This document shows positions 9,114 through 17,712 of a DNA stretch of 32,000 bases, in pieces. The stretch is taken from assembly GCF_000284115.1 (NCBI RefSeq), contig NC_017080.1:3300001-3332000 (forward strand), in the 5' to 3' direction. Both the position numbers and the translations under genes were made by a program. Numbering within the stretch: the first letter of the stretch is position 1; the number at the start of each line of letters is the position of its first letter. The notes below the pieces were generated by a model. That model was not told the DNA's origin, searched no databases, and worked only from the letters and a program-made list of their open reading frames with translations. The DNA comes from Phycisphaera mikurensis NBRC 102666 (GTDB lineage Bacteria; Planctomycetota; Phycisphaerae; Phycisphaerales; Phycisphaeraceae).

Positions 9114-10337
9114 TCAGCCCGCGGCGCGGGCGAGATCGGCGCCGCCCATCGGGAAGGCCGACGGACCGTCGGCATTGGGCTTGATGTCGAAGTCGAAGAT
9201 GCCGGTGGGCAGCGCGAGCGTTGCGCACGCGTTGGGCACGTCGACGATGCCGCTGATGCGGCCCTCGATCGGCGCGGTGCCGAGGATCGCGTACGCCTGC
9301 TCGCCGGTGTAGCCGAAGAGCTTCAGGTAGTTGATGGCGTTCAGGCAGGCCTGGCGGTAGGCCACCGTTGCGTCGAGGAAGTGCTGCTGGCCGCTCTCGT
9401 CGACGCTGATGCCCTCGAACATGAGGTAGTCGCCGTACTCGGGCTTGATCGGCGAGGTCTCGAAGATCGGGTTGAGCACCGCGTACTTCTCGACGCCGCC
9501 CTTGATGAGGCTGACGCGGATGTCCAGGTAGCCCGCCATCTCGATGGCGCCGCAGAAGGTGATCTCGCCGTCGCCCTGGCTGAAGTGGATGTCGCCCATC
9601 GACAGCCCGCCGCCCTTGACGTACACGGGGAAGTAGACCTTCGACCCGCGGGTGAGGTCCTTGATGTCGCAGTTGCCGCCGTGCTCGCGGGGCGGCACGG
9701 TGCGCGCCCCTTCGGCGGCGGCTTTGTCGCGGGCGTCGCCGGTGAGGCGGCCCATGTGGGCGGTGTCGGCGTAGGGCAGGCAGGCCAGCGTCGGCACCCG
9801 GTCGGGATCGGTGTCGAACAGCGTGGTCTCGCGGCGGTTCCAAGTGTCGAGCAGATCTTGGCTTGGGAGGCAGCCGATGAGGCCGGGGTGCATGATCCCG
9901 GCGAACTCGACGCCGGGGATGTGCCGCGAGTTGGCGTACACGCCCGAGAAGTTCCAGCAGGCTTTGCGGGCGTCGGGGTAGTGCTCGTCGAGGAAGCCGC
10001 CGCCGTTGCTCTTCGCGAAGATGCCGGTGAAGCCCCAGTTGCTCTCGGGCAGGACGCCCACGTCGAGGATGTCGACGACCAGGAGGTCGCCGGGCTCGGC
10101 GCCCTCGACGCCGATCGGACCGCTGAGGTAGTGAACCTTCGAGAGGTCGACCGTGTGGATGTCCTGAGCGCTGTCGTCGTCGCGGATCTGCCCGCCGGTC
10201 CAGTCGACGCACTCCACGCGGAACTCGTCACCGGGCTTCACGGTGGCGACCATCGGGATGTCCGGATGCCAGCGGTTGTGGAGCACGTCCTGCGATTCCG
10301 GGGAGGCGGTGGTGTCGACCTTGATGAGCGTCTTCAT
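9114..10337 (-). CDS. fmdA: Formamidase/acetamidase (FmdA/AmdA family)
   Basis: MKTLIKVDTTASPESQDVLHNRWHPDIPMVATVKPGDEFRVECVDWTGGQI...DIHTVDLSKVHYLSGPIGVEGAEPGDLLVVDIL is a classical FmdA N-terminus. Start inferred at ATG complement 10335-10337. Confidence 0.93.
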   Translation of the reverse strand: MKTLIKVDTTASPESQDVLHNRWHPDIPMVATVKPGDEFRVECVDWTGGQIRDDDSAQDIHTVDLSKVHYLSGPIGVEGAEPGDLLVVDILDVGVLPESNWGFTGIFAKSNGGGFLDEHYPDARKACWNFSGVYANSRHIPGVEFAGIMHPGLIGCLPSQDLLDTWNRRETTLFDTDPDRVPTLACLPYADTAHMGRLTGDARDKAAAEGARTVPPREHGGNCDIKDLTRGSKVYFPVYVKGGGLSMGDIHFSQGDGEITFCGAIEMAGYLDIRVSLIKGGVEKYAVLNPIFETSPIKPEYGDYLMFEGISVDESGQQHFLDATVAYRQACLNAINYLKLFGYTGEQAYAILGTAPIEGRISGIVDVPNACATLALPTGIFDFDIKPNADGPSAFPMGGADLARAAG

Positions 10338-10617
10338 GGGCGGGTTGCGGAGAAAGCAGGCGGGCGGGAGGGACGGTTCCGCCGGAGTGATGCGAGCGTC
10401 GTGCCAGAAGACGGCGGAGCCCGGAAAAACGTCCATCCGGCCCACAGGAGCGTTTTGCCGTCGCGTCATGCGGCGGAAACGAGGGTTTCCCTTAATCCGC
10501 CAGGGAGAGCTCGTTGGAAACGTAAGCGCATCTAAGAGGCTTCGCCCCGGCGGCTGCGCGCTTTGCGCGCGTCGGGCCGCTCCGCACTCTCTACGCGGCA
10601 ACAGGTACTTTGTGGGG

Positions 10618-11556
10618 ATGAGCATCGCCCAGACCGGTCGGTTTATCCGTTTCGCGAGGGCCCTGCCCGCGCTCGCGTCGGCCGCGCTCGCGGCCGCCGC
10701 GGCCGCGGGTCCGGATTCGTGGCCCGAGGCGCGGTCACCCGCACCCGACGCGGGCGGAGCCGCCGCCGTCGTGGTTTGGCTCGATGCCGCGCCGGCCGAC
10801 GCGGACGCCGCGGCCGACCGGGCCTTGCTCGCCGAGGAGGCACTCGCCTCCCGCCTGGACGCCTTCGCCGCGTTCCGCCTCCCCTGGCCCGCCGGCGGGC
10901 TCCAGAACCGGGCGGCGATTTCGCGCCACGCCGCCCTCGCCGACGCCTGGGGCGTACGCCGGCTCCCGGCGTGGGTGCTGATGGATCCGGCCGGCCGCGT
11001 CTTCGCTCGCTTCGACGAGGGGACGCCGCTGGCGGCCTCGGCGGAGGATGCCGCGGACCGGCTGGAGGAGGCGATGGCGGCTCTTCGGACCCGCGACGCG
11101 CGCCTCGCCGAGGCCGAGGGCGCGGACGGCCTCGCCCGCGCGGCGCTGCTGGACGCGGCGCTCGGAGCCGTCGAGCCCTTCGCCGTGTCGCACCACGCCG
11201 CGATCGTCGAGGAGGTGCTGGCGCTCGACGCCGACGACGACGCCGGCCTCCGCACCCGCTGGTGGGCGGCGTGGGCCGAGCCCCGCCTGCAGCAGCGCCT
11301 GGAGGAGTCCGTCTTCCCGCTCGTGGAGGAGCGGCGGTTCGGCGGTGCCCGCGCCGCCCTGCTCGCGGTTCGCGACGCCGAGCCGCTGCCCGCGGCGCTC
11401 GTCCGGAAGCTCGACGTCTTCGCGGCGCAGCTGCGCTTCAGCGCGGGCGACGCCGACGGCGCGCGGCGGGCGATCGAGCAGGTCCTCGACGCGACGCCGC
11501 CCGGCGAGGAAGCCGACGCCTACGCGGAGCTGCTCGCGGGCATGGCGGAGGGCTAG
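10618..11556 (+). CDS. Hypothetical exported protein, possible thioredoxin-like domain
   Basis: ATG at 10618 in ORF 10243..11556. Ala-rich N-terminal hydrophobic stretch, then AWGVRRLPAWVLMDPAGRVFARFDEG, which is thioredoxin-fold-like. Third-position GC bias supports this frame. The stop codon overlaps an inverted repeat. Confidence 0.6.
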   Translation: MSIAQTGRFIRFARALPALASAALAAAAAAGPDSWPEARSPAPDAGGAAAVVVWLDAAPADADAAADRALLAEEALASRLDAFAAFRLPWPAGGLQNRAAISRHAALADAWGVRRLPAWVLMDPAGRVFARFDEGTPLAASAEDAADRLEEAMAALRTRDARLAEAEGADGLARAALLDAALGAVEPFAVSHHAAIVEEVLALDADDDAGLRTRWWAAWAEPRLQQRLEESVFPLVEERRFGGARAALLAVRDAEPLPAALVRKLDVFAAQLRFSAGDADGARRAIEQVLDATPPGEEADAYAELLAGMAEG

Positions 11557-11720
11557 CAGGCCGCTGCAGAACCCCATCGGGGCTGCGAGCGGGCAGAATC
11601 GCGTCTCGCTTCGTCGAGCGTAACCCACGTAGTAGACGGCTACGCGGGTCCCGCTCTCCTCGCGAGACACGATTCTGCCGCGCTCTCGCCTGACGCGAGG
11701 TTCTGCAGCGGCCTGCTAGC
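11552..11720. mobile_element. MITE-like long imperfect palindrome (~169 bp)
   Basis: 22-bp perfect inverted arms gctagcaggccgctgcagaacc (11552-11573) and ggttctgcagcggcctgctagc (11699-11720). Further pairing: ggcagaatcgcgtctcgc (11592-11609) with gcgagacacgattctgcc (11662-11679, 1 mismatch), and a central stem cccacgtag/ctacgcggg. CTAG flanks both sides of the 17-bp CAGGCCGCTGCAGAACC arms. Confidence 0.7.
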
Positions 11721-11786
11721 GCACCGTGCGCCGAGGACGAGGCGCCCACCCGGGAGGACGTCCCGGCGTGATCCGGTCGCGGAGCG

Positions 11787-11832
11787 CCGCGGACCGCCGG
11801 CGGAATCGGCGCTTGCCGCCCGCAATCCGCGG
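11787..11832. repeat. 46-bp palindromic element, copy 4 (degenerate right arm)
   Basis: ccgcggaccgccggcggaatcggcgcttgccgcccgcaatccgcgg; 46 bp; ends 2 nt outside the stop codon of the 11835..12509 minus-strand gene. Confidence 0.55.
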
Positions 11833-11834
11833 TT

Positions 11835-12509
11835 TCAGCGTTTCGGCGGCTTCTTCGCGGCGTCCTCGGGCAGCTCGTACAGGCCCTGCCCGGCGCGGAG
11901 GAGCCGGCCGTCCTCCACGAGGGCGGCCCACACCGGCGGCGGGTAGTCGCGCGGCGGCTGGATGGCGGTGATGCCGCTGCTCTTGCCGTAGGTGGTGTGC
12001 TTGCTGCCCAGCCGGCTCTCGTCGTCGAGGCGGGTGGTCTTGAGCTTCTTGCGGAAGGCGCGGAGGGCCTTCTTGAGGTTCTCCTTCTCCAGCGAGTCCT
12101 TCCCGCTGGCGGCGGCGCTGGCCTCTCGCACCTCCTTGAGGGTGCGGCCATCGGCCACGGAGGGCAGCCCCGCCCGGGCCGCCCCGCCGCCGGCGGCGGG
12201 CCGCGGCGCGGCGCCCGGAATCCCGCGCCCGGGCCCCGCGGCCCCGCCGGCGTCGGCCTGCTTCACCAGCGCCGCGAGCTTCTCCACGTCGCGTGCCTGA
12301 ACCACCTGCGCCACGCGGGTGGCGTCGACGCCCATCCGCATGAGCGCGGTCTGCGCACGGCCCCACATCAGCGTCGCTTTCTTGCTCTTGGGTTCCTCCA
12401 CCAGCCAGAGCTCGGCGACGAGGTTCGAGAGGTTGTCGCTGTGGATCGTCTCGGCGTGCGCGTAGTGACGCTGGATCGCTCTGCCGGATGCGTCGGAGTG
12501 GTCGGCCAT
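11835..12509 (-). CDS. Conserved-looking hypothetical protein, low-complexity Ala/Gly/Pro linker in the middle
   Basis: Long ORF with structured ends (MADHSDASGRAIQRHYAHAETIHSDNLSNLVAELWLVEEPKSKKATLMWGR... and EKENLKKALRAFRKKLKTTRLDDESRLGSKHTTYGKSSGITAIQ...). Confidence 0.65.
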   Translation of the reverse strand: MADHSDASGRAIQRHYAHAETIHSDNLSNLVAELWLVEEPKSKKATLMWGRAQTALMRMGVDATRVAQVVQARDVEKLAALVKQADAGGAAGPGRGIPGAAPRPAAGGGAARAGLPSVADGRTLKEVREASAAASGKDSLEKENLKKALRAFRKKLKTTRLDDESRLGSKHTTYGKSSGITAIQPPRDYPPPVWAALVEDGRLLRAGQGLYELPEDAAKKPPKR

Positions 12510-12581
12510 GGGCAGAGATTACGGGGCCGGGGCCGGCAGCCGGCGGCGGCGGGCGGCGTGCGGGGCCCGCGTCCGGAGGCC

Positions 12582-13241
12582 TCAAGCGGTGGGAGCACCG
12601 CCCGACCCGAGGCGCCGGGCCTCCTCCACCGACGGCCGCTTCATCTCCAGGCGGTCGCCACAACGGGTGTACCCGCCGGCCCCGCCCAAGCGCCCCAGCG
12701 GCGTGAAGGCGTCGGGGTCGACGCGCCAGCTTTCCGGGTCCACCAGCCCCTCGCGGAAGCTGCCGTGCAGCACCTCGCCGAGGACGAGCCGGTTGCCGCC
12801 GATCGCCTCGACCCGGTGCGTGCGGCACGCGAAGCTCGCGGGCGCCTCCGCGATCCGCGGCACGTCGGTGCCGGGGCAGGCCGCGAGGGTGAAGCCCACC
12901 GCCTCCGCCTCGCTCTCACCCGGCGGGAACGACGCCGCGCAGCCGTTCATCCGCTCCGCCATCCCCGCGTCCACCGCGTTCACCACGAAGAAGCCGTGCC
13001 GCTCGGCGTTGCGGGCGGTGTCTTTCGCGACGCCGCCGTGGTCGTCCTCCGGCCGGTCGCCGACGTTGAGGATCACCAGCCCCGGATCGCTGCCGAAGCA
13101 GTTGAAGAAGCTGTACGGGGCGGCGTTCACCACGCCGGCCTCCCCCAGCGAGGTCACCAGGGCGATCGGCCGCGGCACCACGAAGGACGACAGCAGCTTG
13201 TACCGCTCTTTGGAGGCGAGCCCGTTGAAGTCGACGTTCAT
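12582..13241 (-). CDS. Flavin reductase-like (FMN-binding split barrel) family protein
   Basis: MNVDFNGLASKERYKLLSSFVVPRPIALVTSLGEAGVVNAAPYSFFNCFGSDPGLVILNVGDR matches the flavin_reduct family pattern. Confidence 0.88.
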   Translation of the reverse strand: MNVDFNGLASKERYKLLSSFVVPRPIALVTSLGEAGVVNAAPYSFFNCFGSDPGLVILNVGDRPEDDHGGVAKDTARNAERHGFFVVNAVDAGMAERMNGCAASFPPGESEAEAVGFTLAACPGTDVPRIAEAPASFACRTHRVEAIGGNRLVLGEVLHGSFREGLVDPESWRVDPDAFTPLGRLGGAGGYTRCGDRLEMKRPSVEEARRLGSGGAPTA

Positions 13242-13365
13242 GGCCTGCTCTATAGGCAGCGCCGCCGGACGCCGGCGAAGCCGCGCTCGCCGCGCGGAAG
13301 CAGCAGCCGCCTTCTCGATCCGCGAGCGCGGCACCGACCGAACCGGCAGCGGGGATGCGGCGTAA

Positions 13366-13393
13366 GGTTGTTGCAACTACATTTGTCGCAACC
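13366..13393. promoter_or_regulatory. Candidate MarR-type operator in a divergent promoter
   Basis: GGTTGTTGCAACTACATTTGTCGCAACC contains two TTGTYGCAA copies (13368-13376 and 13383-13391) and the inverted pair GTTGC/GCAAC. It lies between divergent flavin reductase and VOC genes, with a MarR gene downstream. Confidence 0.5.
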
Positions 13394-13420
13394 ATTCCTT
13401 GACCGACCCGAGACGCTCCC

Positions 13421-14353
13421 ATGAGCCTGCCCATCCTCGGCCTGCACCACGTCACCGCCATCGCCGGCAGCCCGCCGGTCAACGACGCGTTCTGGACGGG
13501 CGTGCTCGGCATGCGTCGCGTGAAGCAGACCATCAACTTCGACGATCCCGGCACCTACCACCTGTACTTCGGCGACCGGATCGGCCGCCCCGGCTCGCTC
13601 TGGACCACGTTCCCGCACCCCGCGGCCCGCCCGCGGCAGCCCGGCGCACCGGAGGTCGCGCTCACCTCGCTCGCCGTGCCCGGCGGCTCGCTGCGGCGAT
13701 GGAGGACCCGCCTAGAAGAAGCCGGCTGCGGCGTCACCGAGCACGAGGGCCGCCTCCGGTTCCAAGATCCCGACGGCACCGACCTGGAGATCGCCGAGGG
13801 CGATCTTCCCCCGGCGTACGAGGGGGTCGGGGACGACGGCGTGCGCTGCCTGGAGTCCGTCACCCTGCGCAGCCTCCGCCCCGACGCCACCGGGCGCTTC
13901 CTGACCGAGGCCTTCGGCTTCACCCGCCAGAGCGACGATCTCTACGTGTGCGGCGATGGCGCCGCCTCCCGCCGCGTCCGCGCGCTCGGCGGCGCCGGCG
14001 TGGCGCACCCCCGGCTGGGCGCAGGGTCCGTCCACCACGTCGCCTTCCGCCTCGCCGACGACGAAACGCAGGCCGAGGCGCTGCAGCGGCTGCCCGGCTT
14101 CGGCGTCCGGCCCACGCCCGTGCAGGACCGGCAGTACTTCCACAGCATCTACTTCCGCGAGCCCGGCGGCGTGCTCTTTGAGCTCGCCACCGACGCGCCC
14201 GGCTTCGCCACCGACGAGGACGCCGGGGCCCTCGGCCAGAAGCTGCAGCTGCCCCCGTGGTTGGAGCCGCAGCGGGCGCGGATCGAGGCGGATCTGGTCC
14301 CGCTCGGCGGCACCGACCGCGCTCCCGCCCGCTCCCAAGGAGGTGCGGCGTGA
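13421..14353 (+). CDS. Ring-cleaving dioxygenase, two-domain VOC/glyoxalase family (MhqO-like)
   Basis: LGLHHVTAIAGSPPVNDAFWTGVLGMRRVKQTINFDDPGTYHLYFGD...VHHVAFRLADDETQ...YFHSIYFREPGGVLFELATD. Confidence 0.88.
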   Translation: MSLPILGLHHVTAIAGSPPVNDAFWTGVLGMRRVKQTINFDDPGTYHLYFGDRIGRPGSLWTTFPHPAARPRQPGAPEVALTSLAVPGGSLRRWRTRLEEAGCGVTEHEGRLRFQDPDGTDLEIAEGDLPPAYEGVGDDGVRCLESVTLRSLRPDATGRFLTEAFGFTRQSDDLYVCGDGAASRRVRALGGAGVAHPRLGAGSVHHVAFRLADDETQAEALQRLPGFGVRPTPVQDRQYFHSIYFREPGGVLFELATDAPGFATDEDAGALGQKLQLPPWLEPQRARIEADLVPLGGTDRAPARSQGGAA

Positions 14354-15018
14354 GCTCCAACGGCCCCCGCGACCCGCACGCGACCGCTCCGCTCGGATCC
14401 GCCGGCACTCCGCTGGGTGACGCTTCCGGCGTCGTGCTCCTGCTGCACGGCCGCGGCGGCTCCGCCGCGGACATCCTCTCGCTCGCCCCGCACCTGGACC
14501 CCGGGGGGCGCGGGAAGCTCGCCTTCCGAGCCCCGCAGGCCAGCGGCAACACCTGGTACCCGGGCAGCTTCCTGCTTCCGCGCGACCGGAACCAGCCGCA
14601 CCTGTCCTCGGCGCTGTCGCTCGTGCACCGGACGATCGACAAGCTGACGGCCGCCGTGCCCGCCGCGCGGGTGTTCGTGGTCGGCTTCAGCCAGGGCGCC
14701 TGCCTCGCCGCCGAGTCGGTCTTCCGCCGCGCGGAGCGCGAGCCGCTCGGCGGCGTGGTCGGCTTCACCGGCGGCCTGATCGGTGAACGCGTCGAGGTCC
14801 CGGAGGCTCCGGCGGCGCTCGATGGCGTGCCCGTGCTGCTCACGGGCGGCGACCCCGACCCGCACGTCCCCTGGGCCCGCGTCGAGGAAACCGCCGCCGC
14901 CTACCGCGGCCGCGGCGCGAGCGTCGAAATCCGCCGCTTCCCCGGCAAGCTCCACGGCGTCTCGGAGGAAGAGGTCCGGCTCGCCGCCGAGCTCATCGCC
15001 GGAGCGGCTTCCGGCTGA
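14350..15018 (+). CDS. Phospholipase/carboxylesterase, alpha/beta hydrolase (MhqD-like)
   Basis: GTG start overlapping the previous stop (GTGA). VVLLLHGRGGSAADILSLAPHL...VFVVGFSQGACLAAE...VPVLLTGGDPDPHVPW. Confidence 0.85.
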   Translation: MSSNGPRDPHATAPLGSAGTPLGDASGVVLLLHGRGGSAADILSLAPHLDPGGRGKLAFRAPQASGNTWYPGSFLLPRDRNQPHLSSALSLVHRTIDKLTAAVPAARVFVVGFSQGACLAAESVFRRAEREPLGGVVGFTGGLIGERVEVPEAPAALDGVPVLLTGGDPDPHVPWARVEETAAAYRGRGASVEIRRFPGKLHGVSEEEVRLAAELIAGAASG

Positions 15019-15105
15019 CCCGCCTCCGGGGCATCCACTCCTTGCAACAAGGGTCGTCCCAACCACCTTGCCGCGGTGGCCCCTCCCCGACAGAATCCGC
15101 ACACG

Positions 15106-15585
15106 ATGCCCTCCCGCCTCCAGCGTAAAGTCGGCAAGGCCGGCCCCTTCGACTTCGTTCAGCAGGAGCTGTACCTCAACCTCGTCCGGACGGCTTCGAT
15201 CGCCGCCGAGCCGGTGCAGCGCTGCCTGAAGGCGCACGGCCTGCGCGAGCCCGCCTTCAACGTGCTCCGCATCGTGGCGGGCCGCGGCGCCGAGGGGCTG
15301 CCCTCGCAGGCGATCGGGGCGCACACGGTCAGCCGCGTCCCCGACATCACGCGCCTCGTCGACGGATTGGAGAAGCGCGGCCTGGTGGAGCGCCGGCGCT
15401 GCCCGCACGACCGGCGGGTCGTGCACGTGGTGATCACCGCGGCGGGCCGCCGGAAGGCGGAGCGGGCGAGCCGGGACGTCGACGCCGTGCACCGCTCGCA
15501 GTTCCCGGGGCTGACGGAGCCGCGGATCGCGAGGCTCATCCGGCTGCTCGAGCGGGCGCGGGAGCGGGACGCGGGAGAGGGCTGA
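15106..15585 (+). CDS. MarR family transcriptional regulator
   Basis: LPSQAIGAHTVSRVPDITRLVDGLEKRGLVERRRCPHDRRVVHVVITAAGRR is a MarR winged-helix wing pattern. Confidence 0.88.
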   Translation: MPSRLQRKVGKAGPFDFVQQELYLNLVRTASIAAEPVQRCLKAHGLREPAFNVLRIVAGRGAEGLPSQAIGAHTVSRVPDITRLVDGLEKRGLVERRRCPHDRRVVHVVITAAGRRKAERASRDVDAVHRSQFPGLTEPRIARLIRLLERARERDAGEG

Positions 15586-15594
15586 GGCGGGCGT

Positions 15595-16680
15595 TCAGGG
15601 CCGGAACTTGATGCAGGTGGCCCCGGGGACGTCGATGCTCTCCCCGGTGGCGACGAGCTCGCCGGTCTGCGCGTCGATGCGGAAGGACGCGACGTTGCCG
15701 GACCGCTGGTTCGCGACCAGCAGGAAGCGGCCGTCCTCGGTCAGCCGGAAGTTCCGCGGCCAGTCGCCGCCGCTGGCCACGCCCCCCCGCCGCTCCAGGT
15801 TCTCCCCGTTCCAGGCGAACCAGGCGATCTCGCCGGGGCCGCGGTTGCTGGCGTAGACGTGCCGGCCGCCGGGGTGGAACAGGATCTCCGCCGAAGCCCG
15901 CTCGGCGTCGGCGGGCAGGTCGGCGGCGACCGCGGGGAGGGTCCGGGTGACGCCGCCGGTCACCGGATCCACGGGCGCGACCGAGACCGTGCCGGCGAGC
16001 TCGTTGAGGATCAGCACGGCCCCGCCGCCGGGGGTGAAGACGAAGTGCCGCGGCCCGCTGCCCGGCGGCAGGTCGATCGCGGCCGGAGAAGCCGGCTCGA
16101 GGCCGCCGGCCCCGGTGACGCTGTAGACGTACAGCTTGTCGGTGCCCAGGTCGGCGGCCATCAGCGTCCGACCGTCCGGGGTGAATCGGACGCTGTGGGC
16201 GTGCGGGGCGGTCTGACGCTTCTCGTTCACGCTCCGCCCGGCGTGCCGCGCCACGGTCGGCTCGCCGGGCGTGCCGTCGTCGGCGAGCGGGAAGAGAGCC
16301 ACCGAGCCGCTGTTGTAGTGAGCCACCGCCGCGAGCCGGCCATCGGGCGAGACGGTGACGAAGCACGCGCCCTCCCCGCCGGTGCCGACCGAGGCGGAGC
16401 GGGTGAGGCCCCCCTCGCCGCCGATGCGGAACGCGACCAGCCGCGACCCCCCGCCGCCACCCACCGCGTAGAGCACCGGCAGCGTGGGGTGGATCCACAG
16501 AAAACCGGGCGCCTCCATCGCGGCGGCGAGCACCGGCGGGCTCATGGCGCCGGTGTCGGTGTCCAGCGTCGAGGCGTACACGCCGTCGGCGTCGGTGCCG
16601 ATGAAGAAGGGCCGCGGCTCGGCCGCGGCGGGCGTGGCGAGGAGCGTCGCTCCGAGGAGAAGGCCGGGCGCGGGGTTCAT
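15595..16680 (-). CDS. Exported lactonase family beta-propeller protein (6-phosphogluconolactonase YbhE-like)
   Basis: Signal peptide plus FFIGTDADGVYASTLDTDTGAM...FLWIHPTLPVLYAV...QTAPHAHSVRFTPDGRTLMAADLGTDKLYVY...GSGPRHFVFTPGG. Confidence 0.85.
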   Translation of the reverse strand: MNPAPGLLLGATLLATPAAAEPRPFFIGTDADGVYASTLDTDTGAMSPPVLAAAMEAPGFLWIHPTLPVLYAVGGGGGSRLVAFRIGGEGGLTRSASVGTGGEGACFVTVSPDGRLAAVAHYNSGSVALFPLADDGTPGEPTVARHAGRSVNEKRQTAPHAHSVRFTPDGRTLMAADLGTDKLYVYSVTGAGGLEPASPAAIDLPPGSGPRHFVFTPGGGAVLILNELAGTVSVAPVDPVTGGVTRTLPAVAADLPADAERASAEILFHPGGRHVYASNRGPGEIAWFAWNGENLERRGGVASGGDWPRNFRLTEDGRFLLVANQRSGNVASFRIDAQTGELVATGESIDVPGATCIKFRP

Positions 16681-16753
16681 GCCCGCGAAGCGTAAGCACC
16701 GGTCGGCCCCGCAGCCAAGGTCCGAAGGCGGCACCGAGCCGGCTCCGACGCCT

Positions 16754-17620
16754 TCAGGGCAGGTCGGCCAGCCGGGCCACGATCTCCACCCGCCGGTCCT
16801 CCAGGAACGGGGGCAGCATGAGGTCGCGGCCGAGGGCGTCGGCGGGCTCGTCCACGGCGAAGCCCGGGCCTGTCGTGGCGACCTCGATCCGCGTGCCGCC
16901 GGGCTCGCGGAAGTAGACCGAGTGGAAGTACCGGCGGTCCTTCACCGGCGTGGGCTCCAGCCCGAGTGCTTCCACCCGGTCGCGGACGTCGCCGAGCGCG
17001 GCGTCGTCGGCAACGCGGAGGGCGACGTGATCCACCCCGCCACAGGCGAGTCGGCGCTGGCCCCGCGTCCGGCCGGAGGCGTCCGCGTGGACGCGGAGCA
17101 CCCCGCCCGCCCCGCAGGCAACGCCCAGCTCCTCCTCGAAGAAACGGCGGGTGGCGTCGGGGTCCTCCACCGACAGGCGGGCGTGGTCGAGGCGGCCGTC
17201 GAGGGCGCCGGCCGCCCCGCCGGCGTGCGGGCGCTCCACCAGGCCCAGCGGGATGCCCGCGGGGTCCTCGAAGGCGAGGACCGGGCCGTCGGGGCGGGGC
17301 GAGGCGCCGGCGTCGCCCAGCCGCTTCTCCCAGGCGTCCAGCGAACCCGGCGGCACCGCGAAGACGATCCGGTCGACCCCGCCCGGGCCCGCGTGGTGCG
17401 GCCCCGCGTCGGCGTCGGTGAAGCAGGTCATCACGCTGCCGGGCGTGGCGGCCGGGTCGGCGAAGTAGAGGTGGTGATCCTCGGGCCGATCGAAGTTCAC
17501 CGTCTTCTTGATGCGGGCGAGGCCGAGCGTCCGCGTGTAGAAGCGGTCGCAGGGCGCGGCCTCCGCGGCCACGGCGGTGGCGTGGTGGAGGCCGAGGATG
17601 GCGGACGCGGCGTCGGGCAT
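16754..17620 (-). CDS. Second ring-cleaving dioxygenase, two-domain VOC family
   Basis: MPDAASAILGLHHATAVAAEAAPCDRFYTRTLGLARIKKTVNFDRPEDHHLYFAD...YFHSVYFREPGGTRIEVATTGPGF. Paralogous to 13421..14353. Start at ATG complement 17618-17620. Confidence 0.87.
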   Translation of the reverse strand: MPDAASAILGLHHATAVAAEAAPCDRFYTRTLGLARIKKTVNFDRPEDHHLYFADPAATPGSVMTCFTDADAGPHHAGPGGVDRIVFAVPPGSLDAWEKRLGDAGASPRPDGPVLAFEDPAGIPLGLVERPHAGGAAGALDGRLDHARLSVEDPDATRRFFEEELGVACGAGGVLRVHADASGRTRGQRRLACGGVDHVALRVADDAALGDVRDRVEALGLEPTPVKDRRYFHSVYFREPGGTRIEVATTGPGFAVDEPADALGRDLMLPPFLEDRRVEIVARLADLP

Positions 17621-17682
17621 GCGGGACGCTACGGAGAGCGGTCCCGCCGGACCCGCCGACGCCGCGGGCGGCGCGGGCAACG

Positions 17683-17712
17683 AGCGGCGATTAGCGGCGA
17701 CTAGCGGCGCTT
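17683..17712. repeat. Short 10-bp tandem repeat (agcggcgaWt/agcggcgNNt x3)
   Basis: agcggcgatt-agcggcgact-agcggcgctt in perfect 10-bp register, overlapping the 3' end of the NUDIX gene. Confidence 0.6.

Noticed and set aside
9157-9173. gccgacggaccgtcggc small palindrome in the fmdA 3' end
   Set aside because: Short, different architecture from the 46-bp family, and expected at some frequency in high-GC coding DNA.
11051-11096. ccgcggaccg...cggacccgcga, possible additional 46-bp palindrome
   Set aside because: The right arm does not match the consensus in register (cggacccgcga vs cggtccgcgg) and the sequence lies in ordinary coding; treated as chance.
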